A program made the position numbers and the translations under genes. A stretch of 64,000 nt of DNA from Candidatus Oxydemutatoraceae bacterium (GTDB lineage: Bacteria; Pseudomonadota; Gammaproteobacteria; Poriferisulfidales; Oxydemutatoraceae): positions 544,001 to 608,000 of the forward strand of contig OZ244717.1 in assembly GCA_965218975.1 (NCBI GenBank). Direction: 5' to 3'. The notes beneath the pieces are model-generated. The model did no database searches. It saw only the letters and a list, made by a program, of their open reading frames with translations, and was not told where the DNA came from. Shown here piece after piece: positions 42,020-52,810 of this stretch; the stretch's first letter is position 1; each line of letters begins with the position of its first letter.

Positions 42020-43963
42020 ATGATTCAGTTCATACGAAAAATTCTAACAAATCTCGGCAATAATCCTTTCTGCCGAAAAATTCTAACAAAGCTTGGCGAT
42101 AATCCTTTCTACGAAATTTTTCAACGTTTAAGAAAAGTTTATCGTGTTGGGGATACGGCGACGCGCCGGCGTATTATCTTTCTTCATGTATTTCGCGTGC
42201 TACAAGGTTTACTCCAAACATTTCTCGTTGCCAGCGTGGTAATAATGATATTGCTACTGAAATCTTCCGCAGCGATTCAGGATAATCGTTACGTTGCGTT
42301 AATCTATAACGGGTTAGGTTTTACGGATACTGATGTTTTTGTTTTAGCGTTCACTTTTTTAGTAATCCTTGCTTTTATAATCGGGGGAGTTTTAAATTTT
42401 TTTATGCGCGTTTATTTAATGCGCTTTAACCAGCTAGTCGTTCAATTTTATATGCAAAGGACTCTCAGGCTTAATTTTAGCCGGAGTTATGAAGAAAACT
42501 TGATCATCAGTACCGATGAAATGCTGCACAAATCAATGGGTGTAGTCCAACAAGTTATTTCACAATCCATTTCGATGGCAGCCCGATTGGTTTCAATAAT
42601 CATCAACTTGTTCGTAATCAGTCTGGCGCTTTTCGTATTGAACTTTATTTTTGCGGTCGTTATGTTTCTCACCCTAATACTTTACTACGTCACAATTTAT
42701 AACTTCTCCAAGCGAAAGCTTGTTATTTACAGCAAGCAGATGTATGAGTTGCGGCGACAAAAGATTAAGGTGTTGCGAGAGGGGTTTTCCGGCTATCTGG
42801 AAGTGTTTTTGCTCGGCAAAAGAGAAGAATACCTTTGCTTCTTCCGGCGTAATTTTGTTAAGCAGTTCACGATTCAATTAAAGACTTTTTTCCTTAACCA
42901 GATTCCCTCAACCGGCATCAAGATGTTAGTTGTTCTTATATTGTTTACAGTAGCGGCATTTGTAATTTTGGGAGGAGGCGAGGGGCAGGATTTAACGGGG
43001 TTTATTATTTCTATAGGGGCAGCTTATCGAATGCTTCCGCTAGTAGCGCAACTTTACAATGTTTCTACTGGGGTTAAGAAAACGAGCTTCCAGTACCAAA
43101 AAGTAAATGAGGATTTAGAGGAACGCGTGGACACAGAAACTTTACCGCAGCAACCGGATGAAAAAGTATTTGGCGCTTCCATGCACGTGAGGCTTGATCA
43201 TGTTGATTACTCATATATTAAAGATCCCGATCAGCCTCTAATCATCAAAGATTTGTCGCTTTCAATAGAACCTGGTGAGGTGGTTGTTTTGTGCGGTCGC
43301 TCCGGAGCAGGAAAAACAACAGTTGCCAGACTAGTTAGCGGTTTAGTGCAACCCGACCGCGGCAAGATGACAGTCAACGGATTATCCTTAAAAGATAAGA
43401 GAATTAGGCAGCAATGGTATTATTCGCTCGGGTATATTGTCCAAAAGCCATTTTTTTCCGATGATACTCTCGCCGCAAATATCGCGTTTGAATTAGACTA
43501 TAAAAAAATAGATTTTCAAAAAGTGGAAGATGTTGTAAAGAAGGCATGCCTTAATGACTTTGTCGCATCATTACCCGAAGGTCTGAATACGCCTATTGGT
43601 AAAAGTGCTGTTACAATCAGCGGCGGTCAAGCGCAAAGGTTAGCGATCGCACGTACGCTTTATTGCGGTGCAAAGATGTTAATTATGGATGAGGCGACTA
43701 ATGCTTTGGATTCAATGACCGCAAAAGAAGTAATCCGATCGCTTTTAGCAATCACACCGCGAAAATCGTTTCTGATAATTTCTCACGGCATGGAAAGTCT
43801 CAGCTGCGCCGATCGGATTATGGTTATTGATGATGGACGCATAGGGGTGCAAGGGACATACGATGAGTTGCTGGACCGTAGCGATTTATTTTTATCCCTC
43901 GTCCGGCAGTACAGTAAAAATATTGCTTCTACGCCAAAGCCAGCTATAGATTTGCCGCAATAG
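42020..43963 (+). CDS. ABC exporter, fused permease + ATPase (glycoconjugate-export-like)
   Basis: Multiple TM helices, GRSGAGKT, ISGGQAQR, MDEAT; next to a glycosyltransferase. Confidence 0.9.
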   Translation: MIQFIRKILTNLGNNPFCRKILTKLGDNPFYEIFQRLRKVYRVGDTATRRRIIFLHVFRVLQGLLQTFLVASVVIMILLLKSSAAIQDNRYVALIYNGLGFTDTDVFVLAFTFLVILAFIIGGVLNFFMRVYLMRFNQLVVQFYMQRTLRLNFSRSYEENLIISTDEMLHKSMGVVQQVISQSISMAARLVSIIINLFVISLALFVLNFIFAVVMFLTLILYYVTIYNFSKRKLVIYSKQMYELRRQKIKVLREGFSGYLEVFLLGKREEYLCFFRRNFVKQFTIQLKTFFLNQIPSTGIKMLVVLILFTVAAFVILGGGEGQDLTGFIISIGAAYRMLPLVAQLYNVSTGVKKTSFQYQKVNEDLEERVDTETLPQQPDEKVFGASMHVRLDHVDYSYIKDPDQPLIIKDLSLSIEPGEVVVLCGRSGAGKTTVARLVSGLVQPDRGKMTVNGLSLKDKRIRQQWYYSLGYIVQKPFFSDDTLAANIAFELDYKKIDFQKVEDVVKKACLNDFVASLPEGLNTPIGKSAVTISGGQAQRLAIARTLYCGAKMLIMDEATNALDSMTAKEVIRSLLAITPRKSFLIISHGMESLSCADRIMVIDDGRIGVQGTYDELLDRSDLFLSLVRQYSKNIASTPKPAIDLPQ

Positions 43964-43964
43964 G

Positions 43965-44798
43965 ATGAAAATCATTTATCCTGAATTTTCTTTGCGCGAG
44001 CAGTATCAGTTTGGTGTGGCGATTATGGTACGTGACCGACCTTATTATGTGAAACGCTGTTTCAACAGTTTGAAGAAGAGCGATTTAACAGATACATTGA
44101 TCATTGTGCTTGACGATGCCAGCGAAAATACTGAAACGTTTGAATTTGTTAAGAATTTTTCCATACCGGATGTCCCAATCATCAAGATTTTGCTTTCAAA
44201 GCACATTAACTTTAATCTTCATAACCATCTGAAGCTAATGTGGGATATGCTATCTGAAAAATATGATTGTCAATACCTTTGCGTTTTAGATTCGGATATG
44301 ATTGTAAAACAACATTGGCTAAAAGCGCTTTACACGTTGCATGAAAAGGGTAAGCAAAAACACGGTAAGTGTATTGTTAGCGGTTTTAACAATTGTTCAC
44401 GTCGTGTAATATCATGCTCTAAAGAATATCGTGTTACGCCTGTACTTGGCGGCGCAAATATGTTTTTCGGTGCGCTGCTATACCACCAAATGGTCAGATA
44501 TTGTTTATGCAATTTTTGGGATGAACATTTGTGTAAAGCGGTTCAGTCTAGCGTTAAACTGCTTATTACTCACCCTTCTGTCTGCCAGCATATCGGGAAA
44601 CAAGGTTTGTTTTCCGGAGGAAATTTCAAATTCGACTTTGCGTTAGATTACTCATGGGCCGACACTATTTGCTACTCTCCGTTCTATCTGTGTAGGGGGT
44701 ATTGGCCTATGCCGTTAAGTTTTTATAAAAGTAAATTTTTTAGCTGGTTGTATAGTGCCGGATACATATGGGACTCACGGCACGATTCGAAAAGGTGA
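43965..44798 (+). CDS. GT-A/GT2 glycosyltransferase with IS-derived C-terminus
   Basis: IIVLDDAS and a DSD (DxD) motif; the last ~16 codons lie inside the IS end starting at 44749. Confidence 0.8.
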   Translation: MKIIYPEFSLREQYQFGVAIMVRDRPYYVKRCFNSLKKSDLTDTLIIVLDDASENTETFEFVKNFSIPDVPIIKILLSKHINFNLHNHLKLMWDMLSEKYDCQYLCVLDSDMIVKQHWLKALYTLHEKGKQKHGKCIVSGFNNCSRRVISCSKEYRVTPVLGGANMFFGALLYHQMVRYCLCNFWDEHLCKAVQSSVKLLITHPSVCQHIGKQGLFSGGNFKFDFALDYSWADTICYSPFYLCRGYWPMPLSFYKSKFFSWLYSAGYIWDSRHDSKR

Positions 44799-46178
44799 CC
44801 GATATGCAATATCAGCACATTGGCCACCGCATCAAAGGTTTCTATATGAGCCTGTTTAACCTCAAAGATAGAGGCTCATGAGCACTGCATAAGCTCAGAA
44901 ACATTTGGCACTCCTGCCGACAGGAGGAGAAGCCTTGCAGGTCCGACATATAGGTTACCGAATCCGGGGGTTTCCCCGGGTCGCTAAAATCGGGCATAGT
45001 TGGGATACTATGACTTACGATGCAAAACAACGACTCAAAATTCTCACCTTCCAGGAAAACCATGGCATGGCCGCTGCCTGCGATGCATTCAAGATCGGTT
45101 GCCGTACCTTGTATCGGTGGCGGCAGACCTTGAGGGAAGCCGGACACAACGCAGCGGCACTGGCGCCGCGTTCGACCCGCACCGCATCGCCGACGGCAGA
45201 CGCGGCGCCCGCCCGGTTTGATGCAAGCAATCCGTCGTCTGCGCGAGCAGTATCCGAACTTAGGTAAACAGCCGGTGCAGAAGTTGCTTGAGCTGTAGTG
45301 CGAGCGCCACGGCCTAGCCAACCCCAGCGTCTCGACTATCGGGCGCATCATCGCCGCAGCCCCGATAAGATGCGTCGTATCCCGCAGCACCTCAATGCCC
45401 GCGGCCGGCGCCGACCGTACCGCTGGGTCAACAGGTAAAGTCTTTGAGCTGATGAAACCGTTTTGTGTTTGTTGGTGGATTGTCGGCAAGGTGCCTGTCA
45501 TCCATGACGCGACTGGGTTCTGTCAACAAGCCCCAGCCCCGACATCCTTGTCGGGTCGTTCACCGCTGAAAACCAATTGGTTTTCCGAGCGCGTCTCACC
45601 CATGACGAGACTTGGTTCTGTCAATGAGCGCCAGCCCCGACGTCCTTGTCGGATCGTTCGCCGCTGAAAACCGATCGGTTTTCCGGGCGCGTCTCACCCA
45701 CCGCTACGTGTTCACCTTCATTGACCCGCGCTCGCGCGTTGCGTTTGCGTGGGCTTCCACTACCCGCAGCAGTCGGCGCAGCGCACACGCCCTGCGGCTG
45801 TTGTGTGAACTGGTGCCGAAACCGATCAACTATATTTTGTCCGACAACGGCTCGGAGTTTATGAAGGACTTCGAGACCGAGTTGAAACAGCGCCGGACCA
45901 CCCACTGGTGGACCTATCCGAAGTCACCAAAGATGAACGCGCACGTCGAGCGCTTCAACCGCAGCTTGCAGGAATCATTCACGGACTACCGCGCAGCTTC
46001 TTTGCGAGAAGCTCCTGTTCATTGATATGGCCCCTGCTTTAACCGGGAATTGGTGCAATGGCTGGTGTTTTACAACACCCAACGCCCCACCATTCACTGG
46101 GGTTGCAATCCCCGATACAATCGCTCCTGACTCACCACCCGGAGTGCCAAATGTTATGGACCTATACAGCATCGTACA
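44749..46178 (+). mobile_element. Composite nested IS481-family relic
   Basis: Outer left end TGTATAGTGCC at 44749. Inner element 44886-46168 with IRs sharing AACATTTGGCACTCC. Outer terminal GCATCGTACA at 46169-46178. Fragments LSDNGSEF and PKSPKMNAHVERFNRSLQE. Confidence 0.9.
45435..45699 (+). repeat. One full and one truncated copy of the ~175-bp element
   Basis: 45435-45601 and about 45601-45699; the first copy carries the palindrome variant GAAAACCAATTGGTTTTC. Confidence 0.92.
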
Positions 46179-46195
46179 CGCTGAATCAATGTGCT

Positions 46196-47062
46196 CTATA
46201 ATACCGTAGGCAGCTTCTCCAGAAAGATTCCAAGAAACACAATCAATCCGAGCCAAGCGTTATTAGTAAAGGCGCTAAGGCATGCAGTCGCTTCGCGCTC
46301 GCGGATTTCCCATAACTGATACAGCGCAAGAACGGCAGCGATAGCGATGCCGGCATAAAACCATAGGCCAAGTCCGAATAATTTTCCGGCAAATAAAAGT
46401 AGTGTCAATCCTGCGGTGTGAAACAGGCCGATAAATACTCTGTCATAGCGTCCGAATAAGATAGCGGTTGATTTAATTCCCGCTTCGAAATCATCGTCGC
46501 GATCAATTAACGCATAAATGGTGTCGTACGCAACCGTCCAACAAATATTCGCCGCATACAGTAGCCAGATGGCGGTAACTGGAAAGGTGTTGTTTTGTGC
46601 GACCCATGCCATTGGAATCGCCCAGCCGAATGTGACCCCAAGATATACTTGCGGTAGGTGATGCCAGCGTTTCATGAGCGGGTAGCTAATAATGAATGTA
46701 AGTGCGACAAGCGACATTAGAATCGTCGCAATATTCATTATTAACACCAATGTGAATGCAATCAACAATAAAATGGCGGCGAGCAGGCGCGCTTCAAAGA
46801 CGCTGACTGCACCGGTTGCAAGCGGTCGGTCGCGGGTGCGCTTCACTTGCGCATCAAATTCGCGATCGACATCATCGTTAATAACACAGCCGGCTGAACG
46901 CAATAGGATGACACCGAGCACAAAGACAACGAAAACGGTACGGCTCGGCTGTTCGTCGCCCGCCAGCCATAGCGACCATAATGTCGGGGCCAACAACAGA
47001 TAAATGCCGACCGGACGGTTCAATCGCATCAGTGCGATGTAGTTGCAAATTTTATCAAGCAT
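46196..47062 (-). CDS. ubiA: 4-hydroxybenzoate polyprenyltransferase
   Basis: RLNRPVG, AGCVINDDVDREFD..V.RT..RP, YDTIYA..D..DD. Confidence 0.96.
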   Translation of the reverse strand: MLDKICNYIALMRLNRPVGIYLLLAPTLWSLWLAGDEQPSRTVFVVFVLGVILLRSAGCVINDDVDREFDAQVKRTRDRPLATGAVSVFEARLLAAILLLIAFTLVLIMNIATILMSLVALTFIISYPLMKRWHHLPQVYLGVTFGWAIPMAWVAQNNTFPVTAIWLLYAANICWTVAYDTIYALIDRDDDFEAGIKSTAILFGRYDRVFIGLFHTAGLTLLLFAGKLFGLGLWFYAGIAIAAVLALYQLWEIREREATACLSAFTNNAWLGLIVFLGIFLEKLPTVL

Positions 47063-47454
47063 TATTTATGATGAGTATAATGTCATAGAGATTAATCTTA
47101 TGGCAATTCGCGATTATTGTGGTAGGCAGCCCCAAATTGCCCCTAGTGCTTTTGTCGACGAGATGGCGCTAGTGATCGGTGACGTCGTAATCGGCACCGA
47201 TAGTTCGGTTTGGCCGATGAGCGTTATCCGCGGCGATGTGCAGCCGATTCGAATTGGTGCACGCACCAACATTCAAGATGGTAGTGTTTTGCATGTTACC
47301 GGCAACGATAAGATTCCCTCCGATGTTTTCCCGCTGCAAATTGGTAATGCGGTTACGATCGGACACGGTGCGATATTGCACGCATGCACGATCGGAGACA
47401 TGAGTTTAATCGGTATCGGAGCAATTGTTTTGGACGGTGCAATCGTAAGTGGCG
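47022..47454. repeat. 433-bp direct repeat, left copy
   Basis: Appears identical to 49367-49799 and abuts the IS left IR. Confidence 0.95.
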
Positions 47455-47459
47455 CTTGA
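47100..47459 (+). pseudogene. 3'-truncated duplicate of the gamma-carbonic anhydrase-like gene
   Basis: Identical to the 5' part of 49445-49972; terminates at the IS end. Confidence 0.9.
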
Positions 47460-49366
47460 CTTCGTAGGTTTTGTCTCGTAAGTGATTGATATTATTGCCT
47501 TCAGGATTCTCAAGGGCACTACATTACGGTGTTGTTTGTAGCCCTCCGCGCTCAGCTTCCCCCAGGGCGTGACTTGTCGGGAAGCGGGAACGGAGCTTCG
47601 TTCCATTTCAGGCCGACACTACGGTAGATCCTGTTGGCGTCTGCGCTCGCGCGGCTCGGCATCGCATACCGCTTCTGTGTGTCGGTATGTGCCAAGATGC
47701 TCAACTGCAAGGTGTCGAGCTCGCGCCGGATCCGCTCCGCGCTCATCGGGAAGCCCAGCGCTTTGAGCCGCCGGCGCAGCTGCTGCAAGCAGCAGAAGGC
47801 CATATAGCAGATCGCAATGTGCGCCTGGATACGCCGCGGCTTCCAGTGAAAGATCGGGCGGATGCAAAGGTCATGCTTGTTAGTGCGAAAGCAATGTTCT
47901 ACTTCCCACAACCGACGGTACTGCGACAGCAATTCCTTTGGCGCCATCTCCTCGTTGCCGTGTGCGATGATTGCGCGCAGGCCGTCCCAACGCGCCGCAT
48001 CGGCCACCTTGGCCGCATCAATCTTAACCCGGCCCTTTGCGGGGAAGCTTAAGTAACAGGCATAGCCGCGCGCCACGAAACCTGCCGGGCGCTCGCTGCG
48101 TTGATACTTCCGGCGCAACTGTGACAATATGCGTTCCCGAACTTCTTGATCCTTGCGCGCGCGCCGGCGTGAATAGGTGACTATGATCCGCCGGCCTTCG
48201 TGGCGAATCATCCGGTAACGCAGGTCCTGCGTTTTGAGCCAGCCTTGATCGTCTGCTGCACTGAGGGCCTGCAGCTTGATCTTGGCCGGGGCCGACTTGA
48301 GACGATAGCCGAGCACATAGGCCAAGCCCTGCTCCTGCAGGAATGTCTGGTTCTCACGGCTCAGCATCGCCGCATCGGCCACTACTGTAAATACAGCACC
48401 CGGATGTCGCTGTTGCAGGGTTGTCACTGCCTGCATCAAGGTTTTGCCCTCAAAGGTGTTGCCCGGCAACAGTGCGTAGTCCACCGGCAGACCGTCGCAG
48501 GTCGTCATCAGTGCCAGCAACACCTGGCAGCGGTGCGGCTTGCCGTCCTTACTATAACCTTTCGCGCGCAACGGGTCCTCTTGCTCGCTCTCGAAGTACA
48601 GGGTCGTGCAATCAAAGAAGAACACCTTGAGGGGCTGATCATACAACTTCTGTGCCGCTTGATGAGACTGTTCCCGGATGTGCGCAATCACCGCCTCCTC
48701 AAGGTGATCCATAGTCTGGTAAACCCGGTCGAGATTGAGCGAAACGCCGCTTCGTTCGAGCTCGCACACCGTAGCGCGCTTGCTCTGCGGCTGCGCGATA
48801 CGCGCCAGTACCAGCTCGCGCAGGATGCGGTTCGCTACTGTGCGCCGCGCCCCCAACACCTGGTTCCAACCCAAGTGCGAATAAATCTGCGTGAACGCCT
48901 CGCGCACCCCAAGTATCAGCCGCATCTCCTCACGGCATTCGGCAAGATCTACCCCGAAGCGCGCCAAACGCGGTGCGTGCCGTGCCTCAGCTGCGAGATC
49001 CGCGTACTGCTTCGGTGTGAACAGCGACTGTTGTGCTGTACCGGCTTGGCGCAGCTCTTCCAAGGTGACCTCGCCGAGCTTGCGCAAAGATGCAAGCTGC
49101 TCGGGACTGTCGGCAGCGCCGATATGCCGAACCACACGCTGACGCGGACCATCGGCAGTGCGCACGGAGCGCACGATCTGCAAGCGAGTGCGGCCACGTT
49201 CGGGATCATATTTTTCACGCAAGTACATAGACCCGAATGATAACCCAAAATCCAAGTGAAAACAAGCCTGGGGGCACTACAATAGGGTTTTTCGGCAGCG
49301 TCCGGGTAACCCTATGATAATAAAAGATTTATTTTTTGCCCAAAGGTCAAAACCTACGAAGTCAAG
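47455..49366 (-). mobile_element. IS1634-family insertion sequence (1912 bp)
   Basis: 19-bp perfect terminal IRs CTTGACTTCGTAGGTTTTG and a single long DDE transposase ORF. Confidence 0.9.
47552..49228 (-). CDS. IS1634-family DDE transposase (intact ORF)
   Basis: FFDCTTLYFE, GYSKDGK, VVADAAM, YRRLWEVEHCFRTNK..L.IRPIFHW...RIQAHIAIC. Confidence 0.92.
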   Translation of the reverse strand: MYLREKYDPERGRTRLQIVRSVRTADGPRQRVVRHIGAADSPEQLASLRKLGEVTLEELRQAGTAQQSLFTPKQYADLAAEARHAPRLARFGVDLAECREEMRLILGVREAFTQIYSHLGWNQVLGARRTVANRILRELVLARIAQPQSKRATVCELERSGVSLNLDRVYQTMDHLEEAVIAHIREQSHQAAQKLYDQPLKVFFFDCTTLYFESEQEDPLRAKGYSKDGKPHRCQVLLALMTTCDGLPVDYALLPGNTFEGKTLMQAVTTLQQRHPGAVFTVVADAAMLSRENQTFLQEQGLAYVLGYRLKSAPAKIKLQALSAADDQGWLKTQDLRYRMIRHEGRRIIVTYSRRRARKDQEVRERILSQLRRKYQRSERPAGFVARGYACYLSFPAKGRVKIDAAKVADAARWDGLRAIIAHGNEEMAPKELLSQYRRLWEVEHCFRTNKHDLCIRPIFHWKPRRIQAHIAICYMAFCCLQQLRRRLKALGFPMSAERIRRELDTLQLSILAHTDTQKRYAMPSRASADANRIYRSVGLKWNEAPFPLPDKSRPGGS

Positions 49367-49799
49367 AATCGCATCAGTGCGATGTAGTTGCAAATTTTAT
49401 CAAGCATTATTTATGATGAGTATAATGTCATAGAGATTAATCTTATGGCAATTCGCGATTATTGTGGTAGGCAGCCCCAAATTGCCCCTAGTGCTTTTGT
49501 CGACGAGATGGCGCTAGTGATCGGTGACGTCGTAATCGGCACCGATAGTTCGGTTTGGCCGATGAGCGTTATCCGCGGCGATGTGCAGCCGATTCGAATT
49601 GGTGCACGCACCAACATTCAAGATGGTAGTGTTTTGCATGTTACCGGCAACGATAAGATTCCCTCCGATGTTTTCCCGCTGCAAATTGGTAATGCGGTTA
49701 CGATCGGACACGGTGCGATATTGCACGCATGCACGATCGGAGACATGAGTTTAATCGGTATCGGAGCAATTGTTTTGGACGGTGCAATCGTAAGTGGCG
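49367..49799. repeat. 433-bp direct repeat, right copy
   Basis: Appears identical to 47022-47454 and abuts the IS right IR. Confidence 0.95.
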
Positions 49800-49972
49800 G
49801 CACAATGGTCGGAGCAAATAGTTTGGTGCCGCCGGGCAAACAATTGGAAGGCGGATTTTTGTGGTTAGGTTCGCCGGTGAAAAAGATCCGTGAACTCAAT
49901 GAAAATGAAAAACGATTTTTAAAATTTTCTGCCGAACATTATGTAGAATTGAAGAACAAACACCGTACATAA
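49445..49972 (+). CDS. yrdA: Gamma carbonic anhydrase family protein (YrdA-like)
   Basis: IRGDV, TNIQDGSVLH, TIGHGAILHAC; near aroE. Confidence 0.9.
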   Translation: MAIRDYCGRQPQIAPSAFVDEMALVIGDVVIGTDSSVWPMSVIRGDVQPIRIGARTNIQDGSVLHVTGNDKIPSDVFPLQIGNAVTIGHGAILHACTIGDMSLIGIGAIVLDGAIVSGGTMVGANSLVPPGKQLEGGFLWLGSPVKKIRELNENEKRFLKFSAEHYVELKNKHRT

Positions 49973-50001
49973 TAACAACAAGTTCGTATCTCAGTAGTGC
50001 T

Positions 50002-50832
50002 TTATTTTCTTAGCTCTGCAATTACCGGTTCGGTTTCAGGACGGGTATTACGCCATAAAGTAAAAGATTCCGCAGCCTGATGCACTAGCATTCCCAACCC
50101 GTCATGGGTTTCGGATACGCCATGTTGATTTAACCAGCGGGTGAAAGCGGTTTCATTCTGCTTGACGGTTTTGTAGGCAAGATCATATCCCCATTGTACG
50201 CGATTGGTGATGGCGGTCGGTACATCAGGTACGACATTTGTCAGGCTAGTTGAAGTTGCGTTAATGACGCAGTCAAAAAATTGGTCGCCGAGTGTGGCAA
50301 AGCTTACTGCGTTGACAATGCCGTAGCTGGAAAATTCTGCGGCAATTTGTTCGGCACGTTTCAATGTGCGGTTTGCAATAGTAATGCTTTGTAAACCGGT
50401 CTTAAGCAAGTCATATAAAATGCCGCGGCAAGCTCCGCCAGCACCGATGATGAGTAGTCTATATCCCTCCGGAGACAGTTGTAATCTCTGCAAGTCGCGA
50501 ATTAAACCGACCCCGTCGGTATTATCGGCAAGGATAACTTGTCCCTGATTCATAACCAGTGTGTTTGCGGCATTTGCAATTCGTGCTCGCGATGTCGCCT
50601 CTTCCGCCAGATTTAGTGTTTGTTCTTTAAACGGTAGTGTTACGTTCGCACCGCAACCGCCCGCTTGCGCGAAATCGGCAACGGCTTTCGCGAAGCCGTC
50701 TACCGGAGCCTCAATAATCTCATACCGAATCGCCTCGTCGGTTTGTTCACCGAATATAGTATGGATCTTCGGCGATAAGCTATGTATCGCAGGATTCCCC
50801 AAGATGGCATAGCGATCGAACTTACGCATCAT
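50002..50832 (-). CDS. aroE: Shikimate dehydrogenase
   Basis: HSLSP, GANVTLPFK, DNTDGVG, GAGGA, GLGMLVHQAA. Confidence 0.96.
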   Translation of the reverse strand: MMRKFDRYAILGNPAIHSLSPKIHTIFGEQTDEAIRYEIIEAPVDGFAKAVADFAQAGGCGANVTLPFKEQTLNLAEEATSRARIANAANTLVMNQGQVILADNTDGVGLIRDLQRLQLSPEGYRLLIIGAGGACRGILYDLLKTGLQSITIANRTLKRAEQIAAEFSSYGIVNAVSFATLGDQFFDCVINATSTSLTNVVPDVPTAITNRVQWGYDLAYKTVKQNETAFTRWLNQHGVSETHDGLGMLVHQAAESFTLWRNTRPETEPVIAELRK

Positions 50833-51829
50833 CCTTTAGCCATTCGGCGGTTGCAAGCGCGTAATAAGTCATAATTGCACTTGCACCGGCACGTTTGATT
50901 CCGCTCAATGTTTCCAACACGCAGGGTTTCTCCGCCAACAAGTTTTTCTGTACTGCCGCCTTCAACATTGCATATTCTCCGCTGACGTGATAGGCGAATA
51001 CCGGAATGTCAAAACGTCTATGAATTTGATGAATCACATCCAGATACGGTGTTGCAGGTTTAACCATAATAATATCAGCACCTTCTTTAATATCCAATTC
51101 TGCTTCGGCAAGTGCTTCGCGTGAGTTGGCATAGTCCATTTGATAATTGTCTTTTCCCGTATCGCCGAGCGCGGCGCTAGATCGCACTGCGTCGCGAAAC
51201 GGCGCATAAAAATTTGACGCATATTTTGCTGTGTAAGCGAGGATACGTGTGTTGTGGAAGCGTTGTGCTTCAAGCGCTTGGCGTATGGCTCCGATCCGTC
51301 CGTCCATCATGTCGGAAGGCGCAACGATGTCGGCGCCGGCTTCGGCGTGAGTCAAAGCTTGGCGGCACAGTATTGCGACTGTTTCATCATTTAGTACGTA
51401 GCCGTCGTTGTCTACTATTCCATCTTGTCCGTGTGTCGTGTAAGGGTCCAATGCGACATCGGTAATAACACCGAGTTCAGGCAGCTCTCGTTTCAAAAGG
51501 CGCACTATTGACGGAATCAGTCCGTCGGAGTTATAGGCTTCTGCGGCGCAAGCGCTTTTTTTGTCGGCGGCAATTACCGGAAAGATCGCAATGGCCGAAA
51601 TGTTTAGTTGGTGTACCGTTTGAGCTTCTTTTAGCAGTAAGTCGGGAGTCAGACGTAAGCTGCCCGGCATTGAGTGAATTGCTTCCGACCGATTTTTCCC
51701 TTCCATCACAAACATCGGATAGATTAAATCACTCACATTGAGTGTGTGTTCGCGCATCAGGCGCCGACTAAAATTGTTACGGCGCATTCTGCGCATTCGA
51801 GTCGTCGGGTAATTACGGTGCATCAACAT
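50822..51829 (-). CDS. hemB: Porphobilinogen synthase
   Basis: [35 protein letters not shown]. Confidence 0.98.
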   Translation of the reverse strand: MLMHRNYPTTRMRRMRRNNFSRRLMREHTLNVSDLIYPMFVMEGKNRSEAIHSMPGSLRLTPDLLLKEAQTVHQLNISAIAIFPVIAADKKSACAAEAYNSDGLIPSIVRLLKRELPELGVITDVALDPYTTHGQDGIVDNDGYVLNDETVAILCRQALTHAEAGADIVAPSDMMDGRIGAIRQALEAQRFHNTRILAYTAKYASNFYAPFRDAVRSSAALGDTGKDNYQMDYANSREALAEAELDIKEGADIIMVKPATPYLDVIHQIHRRFDIPVFAYHVSGEYAMLKAAVQKNLLAEKPCVLETLSGIKRAGASAIMTYYALATAEWLKDDA

Positions 51830-52757
51830 TTTCCGTTTTTAGCCAATCGCGAGGCTGTAAATAGTTTAAGTATAAGCTTTCTTCGGCGCTTCCCGGCGCC
51901 GGCTTCCAATCATAGTGCCAAATCGCTTGCGGTGGTAGAGACATCAACATCGATTCGCTGCGCCCGCCGGATTGTAATCCGAACAAAGTGCCCCGATCAT
52001 AAATGAGGTTAAATTCGACATATCTGCCGCGACGGTATCGCTGGAACCATCGTTCGTGTTCGGTGTAGGGATGTGCTATGTGCCGTTTGACGATGGCAAG
52101 ATAGGCTGGAAGAAAACTGCCGCCTACGCTTTGTATAAACTTAAAACAAACAGGAAAGCCCCATGCATTGAGTTCGTCAAAAAATAATCCGCCGATACCG
52201 CGGGTTTCGTTGCGGTGCTTCAAAAAGAAATAATCGTCGCACCATTTTTTATAGCGCGGATACACTTCCGTGCCGAACGGCTGACATGCTGCATATGCGG
52301 CACGATGCCAAGTAATCGCATCTTCAAAAAACGGGTAGTAGGGTGTCAAATCGTAACCGCCGCCGAACCACCAAACCGGCGGGTCGGTTTGTGTAAGAAA
52401 AAATCGGATATTGCAATGCGTTGTCGGCACATAAGGATTAAGCGGGTGTGCAACAACCGACACACCCAATGCTTCAAAACCGCAATTGCGCTCGGCAATG
52501 TTAATATGCCGGCCCCTTGCAGCCGGCGGTAATTGATTGCCGTAGATATGCGAAAAATTAACTCCCGCTTTCTCAAACACATTGCCGTCCGACAAAGTAC
52601 GGGTGATGCCGCCGCCACCTTCCGTTCTTTGCCAGCGGTCGGTCGCAAAGTTTTGTTTGCCGTCGCTTTCGGATAAGGCGGCGCATAAATGTTTTTGCAG
52701 TTTGAGCAAGTACGTTTTCACTTCATCAATGCGAGGTATGATATTACGTGTATTCAC
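51813..52757 (-). CDS. hemF: Oxygen-dependent coproporphyrinogen III oxidase
   Basis: [36 protein letters not shown]. Confidence 0.98.
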   Translation of the reverse strand: MNTRNIIPRIDEVKTYLLKLQKHLCAALSESDGKQNFATDRWQRTEGGGGITRTLSDGNVFEKAGVNFSHIYGNQLPPAARGRHINIAERNCGFEALGVSVVAHPLNPYVPTTHCNIRFFLTQTDPPVWWFGGGYDLTPYYPFFEDAITWHRAAYAACQPFGTEVYPRYKKWCDDYFFLKHRNETRGIGGLFFDELNAWGFPVCFKFIQSVGGSFLPAYLAIVKRHIAHPYTEHERWFQRYRRGRYVEFNLIYDRGTLFGLQSGGRSESMLMSLPPQAIWHYDWKPAPGSAEESLYLNYLQPRDWLKTENVDAP

Positions 52758-52810
52758 GACAATATTCTACAGTGTTATATTTTCGGTGAGCGTCTCGCTT
52801 CAGGCTAAAC

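Noticed and set aside
48200-49240. 346-aa plus-strand ORF inside IS1634
   Set aside because: It is antisense to the GC-rich transposase gene and has no recognisable motifs.
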